NCBI GenBank assembly: GCA_977018835.1
Contig: OZ361256.1
Coordinates: 1,736,001 to 1,800,000, forward strand
From: Minutocellus sp. GHC0000111
Lineage: Eukaryota
Direction of reading: 5' to 3'
DNA length: 64,000 nt
Below, piece after piece: positions 11,315 through 24,100 of this stretch (positions are counted from its first letter, which is position 1; every line of letters begins with the position of its first letter). The notes beneath the pieces were generated by a model that made no database searches, was not told the origin of the DNA, and was given only the letters and a program-made list of their open reading frames with translations. A program made the translations under genes and the position numbers.

Positions 11315-13192
11315 ATGTCTCGCCGCCGTAGCTTCGTCGATCGCGCCTCGTTCCTGGCCATTGCCGCCGCCGCTGGTGCATTTGGAACGGTATCAGCACA
11401 AGATGTGCTTCCTCGGCGTCTGGCGGCGGCGGCAGGCGAGCAGCAGCACAAGAAGCCGACGGCGGAACCGCCAACACTGACGATCCAACTCCGAGGCCGG
11501 CAGCAGCCGCTGCAGCAGGGTGACGCCGGCATATCTTTAGCTGATATGCCGACAGAAGATGTCCATACTGACGGAGGTGCAATGCGCCAACGGGGTCTAC
11601 TCACGGAGACCGACGAAGATGGCAACGCCGATAGCAGCAAAGTAGCCGACCAGGTAGCAGATGGAGACATGGACATGGCAGCCATTTTGGATCCATTTTA
11701 CGGGATTGACCTCGACGCCTTGGGAGATTTAGTCGTTCCCATCGATGAAGATCATTTGCCACCAACTACTGGCGAACGACGACTCAATCTGCTTCGCGAA
11801 ATGACGGAGTATGGCATATTCGATGATTCCGAAGATGACCAAGACGAGGAGGAGGAGGAGGAGGATTCCTCCCACGTGACTAATCGCATCGTCAATGGGC
11901 AGAGGACACGCCTGTCTTCCTTTCTGATGACACTAGATGAAAGGGGAGGCACTTCCTACAGAGGTGTTTGCGGGGCCACCATGATCTCCAAGCGGTGGGC
12001 GGTAACGGCGGCTCACGTAAGTTCAACCCGAGGCATTTTGATTTTTGTTTTGTATTTTTGAGTCCCACGAACGATACATACATGTATTCCAATGACCTAG
12101 CAGTGGACCTGAGCGACACTACAAGGCTCGTATGATTGGACTGAGCAATTTGCGGTTGTCCTTGTCTACTTTAATTTCTTCTCGGCCACTCGCTTGATTA
12201 TTTCGATACACACATATACATACGCTCATTCAATTTCTTTGACTTTCCACTTCTATTCTACCTCACCGTAAACCCACAGTGCATCTCCAACTACAAAAAG
12301 AACGACCTTCTAGAAAAGTTTGATGGAGGCTACGTGGGGGCGTACGCACCCTGGTCAACAAAAGGACCTGGTAAGAACGAGGGACGAAACTATCAGGTCC
12401 TCAAGACCAAGCGTTTCGTCTGCCATCCCGACCACAAGCCCGGGGCCGGATCCAGCCACGACATATGCCTCGTCGAGTTCGAGACCGAGATCGATACGTC
12501 GACATTCACGGACTTCCAACCCACCCCCCTATGCAACTATGCCATGCAGGACTCTGATCATGGCAAGTTTGGCACCGCCGTTGGGATGGGTTCTAAGTAC
12601 AGAATTGTTGTCGGCCGACGTGAGGTATGTGAAACGATCTGAGTGTGGCAAGACCTTTAAGCAGGTTAACATGGATATCGATGAGAGTATGATTTGCTTT
12701 GGTGGGGATGGAAAGGACTCCTGTGGAGGAGACTCCGGTGGACCCCTGTTGGTCGGTGGATGTTTGGCCGGCGTCGTCTCGTGGGGATATAAGTGCGCAC
12801 ATCCTGGATGGCCTGGAGTTTACTCGAATGTGCCGGCGCATGTTGGGTTCATTACCAGCCATGTCGATGGATATTCCCTCCAGGAACGAAGCGGCAGTAT
12901 CGAGCATAAAGGTACCAATGCGCAAGCAATCGGCCGAAACAATTTTCTGCCTTTCGAAGGAGAAGACGAAGAGGAGAATGAAGAACAGGAGGAAGAGGAG
13001 CAAAACAAGCCAAAGGATAAGTGTGGCCTCGTTGTCCATTACAACAAGGCGGGTGTGAAAAAGACCAAGTACTGTATGTCGCGAAAGTTTATGAAGAAGG
13101 CTACAAATTTGTGCCACCGCGAGCTTTGGGGGGAGGAGGGTGTCGTCTCGGATGTCTGCTGCCATACATGCGCGATGTTCTATAACCAATAG
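11315..13192 (+). CDS. Secreted trypsin-like serine protease (S1) with long pro-region; apparent frameshift near 12590
   Basis: Signal-like N-terminus, R-IVNG activation site, CGATMISKRWAVTAAH|C (intron 12017-12279), HDICL, DSCGGDSGGPL, GVVSWG, PGVY. The frame changes after VGMG (about 12590) with no intron. Confidence 0.85.
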
Positions 13193-13460
13193 GCGTCCTG
13201 GCTTTCCTTCTCCCTGGCTGACACTGAAACGGATGAACACAAACCATGCGTTGCTACGATAACCCACACACGAGGAGACGTAAGACGAATACCAAAATGT
13301 AAAAAGCTACGCCGACCGATAGACAATTGTACCAAAATGTGTTGAAGTAAAAATGTTCACATACAAATAATAATGTCCCCTTAGTTTTTAATTAAGTTTG
13401 AGCTATAAGGCTACTTTTCCTTTCGCACATCATGAGGTTCTAATTCTACACATTTTGATA

Positions 13461-16400
13461 TCAAGGTTCCAAGGGGGGATCCTTGCGCGGGAACGGCCAG
13501 TCCACTGTCCCGTCCTGTGTGGGAGCAGCATCGTCGCGAGGGCTGTTGGCCATACGTCTCTGTCGCCGTTGGCGGACCTTGTTCCGAAGGGCATGATTTC
13601 GCATTGACGCGGACGCGCTTCTCGCCGTGTCGTTGTGCTGCGATGCGGACATATTGCTATTGGCGCTCTCGGCGGTGGAATTTCTCGATGACGATGTAGA
13701 TATACTTGGTGCAGATGCTCTTGGGTCGGCATTCGGTGACCTAGCGACGTAGTTTGGTTGAGGGGACTGCTGGTAACGCTGAGGCGACGCAACGGCCCTC
13801 GAGGGTGGACCATAGTCTTGTGAGTCTTGCGGTGCAGCTCGACGAAGGGTCGCTGCGGCGGCAGCTTCCCTCGCGTAGACATTGTGAGGCTGCGAAATAG
13901 TATTCTCCTGTCCACTCGGCGGGCGAGAAGGAACGGGGGCCTTGCGGAGAAGGTCTTGGCCCGACCCTTTCTTCTTTTCGATCTCGTCCAAAACACTTGC
14001 CATGCCGAGAGGATTCTGCAGCTTCGACTTCTCGAGAACGCTAGCATTCTTCTGAAGACTGCGAGGCTGCTCGCCTCTGGATCTGTCCACGTCAGGGACT
14101 CCTGCGCCACGAGCAGAGGGTGGTTCGCTTGGGTGCCCTCTATCATAGACTGCTCCTCCCTCGTCATGTTGCTGTGAAGCCTGCTGCTTCTGCTGATCCT
14201 TCCGCTGGGCTCTCTCCTTGGCCTTCTGCTTCTGAGCAACATCGGATACGGCTCGGTCAAAATCACGACAGAAGGTGATCATGATCTTGAATACCTCGTG
14301 AGGCATGGCATTTTTATTCGAGTCCTCTCCAAGATACTCGCAGAGCCGACCAAAACGCTTGTTTGTCCACTCAACCTTGTCTCGAAGGGCCGATACTTTC
14401 TTGATGGCGTCGAGGGTGAACAACCCAACTTGTGTCGCACGGAGAGCTGCAACCTCTTCCTCGAGACTTATCTCGACGTCGGGCAAATTTTCCTCGTCTT
14501 CATCACCTGCAGCTTTCTTCATTTTCTTTCGCGTCTTGGACGAGAGGGTGTCTCTAGCCTCGAAGAGGGCAATCTTCCTCACCGTTTCCAACTGGTGCTC
14601 TACCTCCTCGAGATCTGAGAGGCACTGATCCCAGTGCACCTTGTCAGCCTTCATAACGTTGGGGATATCTTCCTTGAAATGGAGCAGGTCATTATTGTTT
14701 CGCTGCACGACGAGAACGACGTAATGGAGGAAGGTAGTCTTCTTGTCGAATGCCTTGGCCTGGCTGAGCTTGAGGAGTGATTCCAGGGACACACCACGCG
14801 CCTTGCTCTTCTTGCTCGATCCCGCAGTGTTGAGCCGATTACCAAGGTTAAGAACGATGCCCAACAGTTTGCGAAAACGGATGGAATTCTTGAGCTCTTC
14901 ACATGCTTGTTCGACAACGACGGCATCCTTGGCCAGGTCTTCGAGGCAGGCGTGGAACTGTGACTTGAAGAGAAGGGCCTTGATCTTGGCCTTGGAATGC
15001 TTGACGGTCATCATGGCGACCATGAACTTCTCGCATTCACAGAGAGAAGCAAACTTGGACGCAGCGTCCCTCGAGGACGTCATGTATTTGCGGAGAGCCT
15101 TGCGCTCGGCGGAAGTGGGGATGTACTCGAGAATGCCCTGCATCTGTTCGGCAGACATGGCCGTCTCGTCGATGGTATCAACCACCTTGGCCATTTCATC
15201 ATAGCTCATCTTCAAACGAGCGAGAATGATACCACCGTTGTTGGCCCTCTTGGGGTCAATGACCTTGACGGCATCCTTTTGACCACCAGAACCCCCGCCG
15301 CCGCCCTTCTTTGGCTCGCCTTTAACGATTTCCTCTTGAAAAAGCTGGGCAAATTCTTCCTCGTCGATATCAAGGCCTTCGACGTCTCTGTCTCCGTCTA
15401 CAAGAGCCCAAACTGAATTGGAGTTCACTTCATCCATGGCACCCCAGTGCAATCTTGTTCGACGATGAGTATCTTTCTTCAACCCTCTCGTTCTGCTCTT
15501 GGTCGTTGCAACGCTCTCCAAGGGGGCAGGAGCATTGTGATCACCGTCCATGACGCTTTCGTCGAGGCCATCACGAACCATTGCATGCTTGACGGCATCC
15601 ATCGGCAGACCCATTTTCAGCTGAAGAAGGAAAAGAGAAACGCGAGAAAGAAAATTTGCGCGAGAAAAGAAGCACAAAGCGTGAACACTAAGCATAAGAC
15701 ATAATATCAAATACCATGGGCGACAGACGATGGATACGGCATTCTACCAAAAGGGCACATACCATCTTGAAGTACTTGGCATACTTGGGATTTTCCTTCA
15801 AGGGGACGCCGCTACCACCAGCGGGCTTACTATGATCGCCATCCATGACGTCTGGATCAAGACCATCCCTCGTCATTGCGTGCTTCACGGCGGGCATTGG
15901 AAGGCCCATTTTCAGCATCTTGAAATATTTGGCATACTTTGGGTCGTCCTTGAGAGCCGGTCGACCGTCAGAAGATGGTGCAGAGGGACCAGCATCGGTC
16001 GACTCCGCGCCACTCTCGTCCTTCTTTGATTTGGCGGCCCTCTTGCCGATCAATGAGGCGACAGATGCCGCAGCGGCAACCGACTTTGACTTGTTGGTCT
16101 TCTTGAAAACTTCCTTTGCTCCATTGTCATCAGCTGGCGGCGGCTTCTTTCCGGGCACCAACGCAGACCGCGAAGCGAACAGGGCCGAGAGCTTATTCTT
16201 TCCCTCGTCAGATAATATTGGCGATGGATCATCCGATGGCATTGCGCTAGCTCTATCCAACCTTTCCGGGGGACCTCCTGCCATTTTGGATCTTTGCGCC
16301 ATCAGTGCCGCAACAGATATCTGAGGAAGCCCGGGTTCAGCTTCGGGCTCAGAATCTGACTCTGGCTCGGCCATGACCTTGGCTCGCTGAGACATTAATG

Positions 16401-19400
16401 CTGCGACAGAAAGCTGCGGGCGCGCCTCATTTCTTGCTTCGGCCTCAGCTTCCACTTCGGCTTTGATGCTTGGTGACGCGTCCGCTGCTGCGCGTATCGA
16501 TGGGCTGAATTGCGGGATAGTAGTAGTCGCGGCAGGACTTGGTGATGAATCGTTGACCGAAACCTTCTTCAGCCTGGACCGAACGTCCGCGAGAGCATTG
16601 TCGGAGGGCAATGACTCCGCTGCTGCTGCTGCCGACGGCGGTGCCACACCGCCACTCCTAGAACTTTTGAGCCGCGATCGCATATCCTTCAAGGCATCAT
16701 CCGGAGAAACAGGTTGATCCTCGGCAGTACCATCACGGGGAAAGGCATCCATTTGACGATTAGCGGCAACTCGACGACGGACCAGTTCCGCAACATCTAC
16801 TTTCGGCTCCTTCTGGGCTTCTTCCATGGCAGCTCTCTGGCGCTCAAGCTCGGCTTGTTCCTGCAATTCGATCTCTCGTCGCTCTCTGTAGGTCATCTTC
16901 TTTTGGGGGGCAGATCCCGCCGAAGGGGAGATAACTGGCTCAGATCTCTGCGAAGGATGGTCCTCCCCATCAAAACGACCGTCACCCTCGAAGAATCCCT
17001 GGCTGCCATCGGTGGCCTCCGTATTGAATGTCGATGGCGTTTCGCGCGCCGTCTCGGCAGTGGCCTCGTCGTTGGTATCAAGGCGGGCTCCGGTCTTGCG
17101 CAATTTGACGCTGTCCAAGAAGAGATGGCTCGATGACGCACCGCCAACATCTGACATGGCGTCTCGAGATGAATCCTTCGGGACAGGCTTCAAGTTTGCG
17201 AGGTGCTGCGGTTCTTGATGACTTCCCTGACGACTCTCTTCGTCGGCATGACTGCTTGAATCAAACACATCCTTGTCGCTACCTAATCCACGGTTTTGCT
17301 TCATCTTGTTCAAAACAGCATTGAACTCGGGCTCCGACCTGGACGTTGACGCTCCTACGTCAGATACGGCAGAAGGATGTTGCTGCTTCCTACGCTGGAT
17401 ATCCTTCCTCAGTCGATCGGCGGGATTTCGGCCGGCATATTTGCTATTGTTGTTCGTTGCCGGGGTGATATGATCTAGATCAGGTGATTGGAGACCATTC
17501 AGCCGAGCTTGGATGCTGGCCCCCGTGTGACGGGGTGGGATAGGAGAACTGCCATTGGACGCGTGGTCAGGCCCGGGCCGAACATTGCGGCGCACATGAC
17601 CATTGGCCATGGATGCCTCCTTGAATTGATTGCCACGCGACTGTTGCTGGTCAGCCTCGATCGATGATCCCACCGACGCTCCTCCCACGCTCGATCGGAC
17701 ACTCCCGCTCGCTCCGCCAGCCGAGGACTGGGACATGGACCGATTCCGATCCAGGAAGAATCCAAGGTCAGGGATAGAACCAACAAGATCATTGAGAGCG
17801 GCACCAACCTCCTTATCGATATCCTTGGCGTTAAGACCAAATGCATCAAACGAGTTGAAATCATCGCTACCGGCACTGTACCCCCCAGCACTGTGATCGT
17901 CAGCGAACGCGGTCTTGGCAGGAGCCGGAGAGATCGGAGGTCGGCCCGATGCCGAGGGCCCTCCACTACCACTACCGGTGCGGTCCCTGGGCGTTGCCGT
18001 GCTCTGTGCCGTCGTGGCCGTTCCGTCGTCTCCCCCGGAAAGGACGGTCTGAGAGCGCCCCGTGGCACTTCGGGCCTGCTGCATCGACTTGCGCATCTTT
18101 CTCCGCGCGGCGGCAGCATTGGCGCTGCTGGTTCCTGTGGCATTGGAGTAGGCCGACGTCCCGGAAATGATCGACGCGGTATCATCGTCGCCTCCTCTGG
18201 ATCCAGCGACAGACGAATTCCTTACACTTCCCTGAGACTTGGCCAGGAGAGAGCCCCGCGACGAAGCGCCGCCAGAAGCAGCGCCCGCGTGGTCCTGCCG
18301 CTGCTGCTGCTCAATGAACCGATCAAGCCCGCCCTTGGTGGGACGGTCTGGATATCGTTCCTGTTGCTGGTACTGCTGCTGCTGACGAGATGGCGACGGA
18401 GCGGCTGCCATCCGATGGGTGTGAGGACTCTTTGTGGATCGGTTTCCATCGTCCACCGCGGCGCCTCTGCGACCGATTGTATGCTGCCTCGTCGGAGTGG
18501 ATGCCTGCTGTTGATGCTGCTGCGGATGGTGACCCCAGCCCGAGCTCGAAGAGAATCCGTCGCCCCCAGCGGTCGATGCATCGTTGTCACCGAAAGCGGC
18601 ATCGAATGCGAATGGATCATCACCGCGATTGCCTTGTTGTTGCTGCTGCTGGAGATTGGAATGCCTTGGGGTGGAGTTGCTATCCCTCCCGCCACTTGCA
18701 GCAGGTGCCGCCAGCGACGGTGCCTCGCTCTTGGTCATGGTCTTGGTCGCCGCCTTGGACGTGGTACCGGCCGCCAACCCGTAGGGGTCGAACCCATTGA
18801 CGGCCCCGCTGGCCAACGCCGCGACGCCCTGACTGATGATGTCCTGGTTGGATGCCGACGCAGCAGCTTCTTTTGCTGCTGCCGAGGACGACGACGATGC
18901 CTCGCCCCAATTGGGCGTCCAGGTATCCTGAAGCTGGACCTGCGGCGTTTGGGGGGTCTGCGGCGTTCTGCTACCACCACCACCACCACCACCAATCCCA
19001 CCGCCGGGAGTCATGGCGTACGCACTGGCCGGACTGTACGGCGCCGCGCCGAGGTCGGGCCGCTTCCCGTCGGCCCCCGGCGTCGCCGCCAGCTTGCGCG
19101 AGTGATCCCACGTCCGCTTCATGCTCTCCCTGGACTTGGCCCGGGCCCTCCGGCTCATGTCGTTGGTGTTGGCACCATTACCACCCGCATGGCTGGGAGT
19201 GGGAGAGGCAGACACAGCACTGGCATTGACATTGACGCTCCCACCGGGAGTGGTTGTTGTTGTCGTTGTGGTGGTGGTGGGCATACCGGGCGCCGTCGCC
19301 ATGCGGTTGGCCGTTTGGTTGCGCCGGGACGAATTCCGCAGGAAGCTAAACTTGGACATGCGGGGGGACGACGAGATGGTCCCGTCGCCGTAGCTGCCAC

Positions 19401-20262
19401 CCCCATGGCCACCGCCTGCACCGTCACCGCTGCTACCACCACCGTGATGCTGACGTCTGGTCGCCGCCGAGCCGGGAGAATGGGCCGATTCCGAGGCCGA
19501 GGTGAATCCAAATCGCTTCCGCTCGGGGGTGCTCACGATGGCAAAGGGATCACCACCCGTGCCGTTGGTACCACCGGTACCGCTGGACGCCAAGCTGTTG
19601 GCATCCCCGAAGGACGATCCGCCTCCGACGGAATGAGCGTCCTGCAGCTGCTGTTGCAGCGGCGGATCCCCAAAGGCGGCGTCAAAGGCGTTGCTGTTGG
19701 CGTTGGCGTTGGCCGAAGCAAAGTCGGCAAAGTCACCGCCGCCGCCAGAGAACCCACCGCCGCCGTAGTTGCTCCTGCTGCTACTGCCGGCAGCAGCATT
19801 CCTGCCGGGCGTCCGACTGCCATTACCACTATTAGCATTGCCGCCATTACTCCCGCCCAATCCCCTCATCTTGCCAATCTTGCGCTGCAGCCTCGTCCCG
19901 ACCGACATGGAGCTGACGGCGCTCGTCCCGCTGACGACGCTGCCCATGCCGTCGTCGTCGTGCCACAAGCCGTCGTCGTCGTACTGCGGCTGGCCGTACG
20001 AGCGCTTGAAGGAGGCCAACTTCGGGCCCAGGGAGGATTTGCCTCTGGAGGAAGAATGGTGATGAGAATGACGAGGCGGGGTGGACGAACCGACGACGTT
20101 GTGGGCCGAGCCAATTCCCTCCATCGGCATATTATTCGTGTGCATTCGCGACGAAGGACGCGGCGGGGTCTGCGAGGCCGCCGTGGCTCCGCCGCCGTTC
20201 GAGGGGAAGGCGGCCGACCCGGAGCCCCACGAGGCATTGTCAAAGTCGGCCCAGCCGGACAT
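13461..20262 (-). CDS. Formin (FH2 domain) with very long low-complexity N-terminus, 2 exons
   Basis: FH2 motifs RTRLHW, VKVIDPKRANNGGIILARLK, LLGIVLNLGNRLN, SLLKLSQAKAFDKKTTFLHYV. GT-AG intron 15762-15621 joins ...YFKM|LKMGLP. Confidence 0.92.
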
Positions 20263-21168
20263 GTTGCGAATGATCGGTGGTGGAGCCGGTCAATTCAAAC
20301 CAAACCAAGCAAACCAATGCGGTATTAGTAGTCAATGCGATTTCAACTGCTCCGACGAATGCAGCGGCTGCCGGTCGTTTGAAAAAAACTCAAATCCCAA
20401 CCAAAAGATACTCTGGTAGTATCTCTCAGTCAATTCCACCACGTCCACCTCCAACTAACACTTGGCTAGTCTGGGTGGCTGGCTTGCTGGCTGTGCTTCA
20501 AGAGGTTTCAGGTTGGTTGGTATGGGGAAGCAAGCAAGCGGCCGACCAAAAATGTGGAAAATTATGTGCTCGTTTTTCCGATGAAGAATATACGGACGTA
20601 TGCGACCGCGCAACCCAACCAAGAGTATACCTCGGAAATCCCCTCTCCGGTAGCTCTCTTTTGTGGGTAGGTAGGAATGGAATCGAATCAATCTTGCCCC
20701 GTTCCGCGTTGGCGATTGGCTTCGGATCGTATTGCCGATGGCCCAAGCAAGGTGGGTCGGCGAACGACGTCGTGGATGGGACCAAACCAAGCAAGGTGCC
20801 GTCGTGGAAACTGAGTCCTCTGTGCAAAAACTATGAGGACTTGTTACATTGAAATGATTTCTATCTTGAAGTATACTTTTCTCATCTTCATTTATGCAAA
20901 TAATGTTTTGGTAACAAAACTATTTTTTTTGTCTTACAAGAGCGGCGCGGCTGGCTCGGCCGACACGAGACTCACTCGACTCGACACATCGTCGAGCTCA
21001 AGCCTCGATTGATGAGGAGAGAGAGAGAGAGGAAGAAGCGACAACTCATGTAGATTTACAAGGAGACATTTAGATCTAGGACCGGATCGTCGTTTCCCAC
21101 CTTTAGCTACCGGTACGCTAGATTAGAGTCTAGAGGATTTTTATACATGTATACCAGCACCAGTCCAA

Positions 21169-24100
21169 TCATGTGGGAGGAAGCTCCTTACGACATATTG
21201 GGCATTCCATCTTGATGTCCATCCACTGCATCAGACAATCAGTATGAAACAAATGATCACAGGGTGCCAGCATGTACCCCTTCTTCTTTGACAGATCAAT
21301 GTCGTTGTAGCAAATGACACAGTCTAGAGCTGCACAGCTGTTTTCGGGAACTTCCGTCGGCTCTTCCTGCATCGTCATCTTGACATTGGCCATTTCAGAC
21401 CTTGGTCTCTTTCCTCTCTTGGTTCGTCTTGCAACTCCGGTACCGGTACTGGGTGGTGCGACGCCTTCGCTCGGTGGAGGTGAGAGTGGCGCATCCTCGA
21501 CGGCAAGATTCGGTGGGTCCAGCCCCTGAGATGTTGGGGGCGCTGACGAAGACTTACGCGGCGGTGAGGCCAGAGAAGACCCAGGCTTGTCATTGGCACT
21601 GTTTTCTACCACATCTTGCGCCATCGAGGCGAGCAGGGAGGGTGGGATGGGTCGATAGTAGTTGTACTTGGGAGGCAAAAATCTTGCAGGAATCATGAAT
21701 CTAGCACCGTACTTGTCCTGACCAATAAGAACCGCCGTCTGCAATGCCACCCACAACACCAATAATCCGCATCGGATGAGGTTGTGCGGATGATCTGGGT
21801 TGACCTCCTTGAGAAAATTGTTGGGTAGTCCGTACAGGTATAGGGGCGCTACGAGCCTGGTAATGCTCATGCCGTAGATGTAGTATTTGTGCATCGGCCG
21901 TCGAGCCTCGGTAATGACGTTCATGACGATCTGCGGTACCCAAAACGAGTATAGAACTAACATGTAGAGCGTCCTATTCTTCTCGCCGACATAGTAAAAC
22001 AAGAAGATGGCCACCATCAGGGCACTGTAGAAACGTAAATGTAGCAATGCGATGCGACGTCGCATGTCCTCAGCACCAATATTGCCGTCGCCGCTGGCCC
22101 TATCACGCGCTTGAAGGATGATGGCCATGTACTTCATTTCGATAACACAAAAGATGAGCAACTTGAAGAACGCGACCGACGCAAACGCTGTGAATAGGGG
22201 CTGCATGACAAGACAGAGAAAGATGTGGGTTATGCAGAGGACGGCGTCCAGAACCGCTTGCCAAGCAATGCTAATGAGTGATACCCTTGTAGCGGCCGAC
22301 TGAGCTTGCGTATGTAGGAGCTGACGAAGAAGGACGACGATCTGCGTAAGACAGGTCAGCATCATGTAGAAACTGTAATTGATGGCCTTCCCTGTCGTGT
22401 GTTCCCAATCGGTACGGATTGCGGTAACGTTGATGCTCGAATTGAAGTGGCACTCGGTTGAAACGATGGCACCGGTGAGAGTCATTACCATGGATTCCTT
22501 CTCTTTCTTGGACGAGGTCCTCGATGACGACGATGGCGTGGCGCCCTTCTTGCGCAAAGTCTCAGCTGCAGCACGGGCCGACGCCGCCCTTTTCTTTTTT
22601 CTTGCCTTTTCCTCGTATTCTTCGCTATCTATTTCTTCGTCACTCCGGCGAGATGCTGGGTCGAGATCCTTGAGCTTGCGAACATGTCGCTCGACCATCC
22701 GTCGCCATTCTCCCACAGATAGCTCTGTTTGTTTGACTTCGAGATTGAGCTGAAATTCACACTGGCCACCATTATCCTCCAAGAGCTGCTCTCGGTATGG
22801 AATCCGGCGATCTATCGGAGTTATCGTCTTTTCGATGCTGTGGTCCTCATCATCGGGGACAAATGGATATGTTTGTATGTTTTTCGTCATCTTCAAGTAC
22901 ATGATCTCGGCATCTTTCAGCCTCTTCTCCTCGGACTTGTTCTTCGCCGAGGCAGTCGAAGTCTTTTTCTTCTTTTTCTTGGTCAAAGTCTTGGTTTTGA
23001 TTGCCGCGGCGTCAGTATCGACTTTTGTCCGACGCGAAGTACTGGTCCTGACATCGATGGTAGTATTGGAAAGAATTGAATTCACATCTTCATTTGACTC
23101 GCTCACATCGGCGGCATCCTCCACCACCTCTTCTTCCTCCTCCTCCTCCTGCTCAATACTCCTACTGTCAACCCCGGCTGTAAATTCATCGTCCATGGAT
23201 GAATTCCGAGTCAAGATGGGAGTAGAGAAGTTGGCCAAGTCTTCCAAGAGCCTCCTCCTCCCTTGTCTATCATCTATATCGATTGGAATAATCCCACCGT
23301 TGGAAAAATCAGCCGCTTCCATCCCTAACCACCGACGGATGAAAGAGGTCACCTGTGGGGGAATGATGCTCGAGGTACGGAATGGCGCTGACTCTCGCAG
23401 CCGCGGTTCTCTTTGAAAGAATTTGGAAATAGCCTCAGCACGCTGCCGGCATCTCTCACCGATAAAGAGATCGTCAAAGCTCCGGTCGGTATAGTCCACC
23501 CCATCGTAAAGGGTATTAAGATCATGGGTTTTCGACGTATCATCTTCGAAGTCCTCTTCGGACAAGTGACGGAGTAGAGGGCGGGGTTCTCCCAAGTTCT
23601 TGTCATCGCCAAACAGATTCAAGACATCGTCACGGATACTGTCAAGAACTGCCTCACTCGGCTCGTTCGGCAAATCTCCGACAACCTCCAAAAGCCTCCG
23701 TCGATGGTCCGTCCACCCACCTTTGTCCATCTTATCCTTGATGCTTTCGGCACTCGGCGGAATAATACTGCCGCTTGTGTCTCTTTCAGTATCAGTCCTA
23801 ATAACCATGGCACTTCGTCCCCGGCCGGTGTTGGCCACGAGGGATACCTTTCCGATGGAATGAACAACAATGCCCCGGACCCGCATGAGCAGATCCCTTC
23901 TCGTGCTAAATGCAGTATTTTCACCGTCATATAGCTTCACAAAACCTTCAACGAGGCTCAGCTGCGACATGGCCGGAATGGATCGAGCATACAGCTGAAA
24001 TGCCGCCCTGCCGGAAGATTTCGACAGGGATAACTTTGGCTCTTCGCTTTCTTTCTTGTCCGCGCTCATTTTCTTGTCCTTCGTGCCGGCACCGGTACCG

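Noticed and set aside
17893..20328. 811-aa plus-strand ORF
   Set aside because: Antisense shadow of the GC-rich low-complexity formin N-terminus; no recognisable motifs.
20277..21100. ORFs and GA microsatellite between formin and the Tul1-like gene
   Set aside because: No coding signal; ordinary promoter/UTR sequence with a short (GA)n run.
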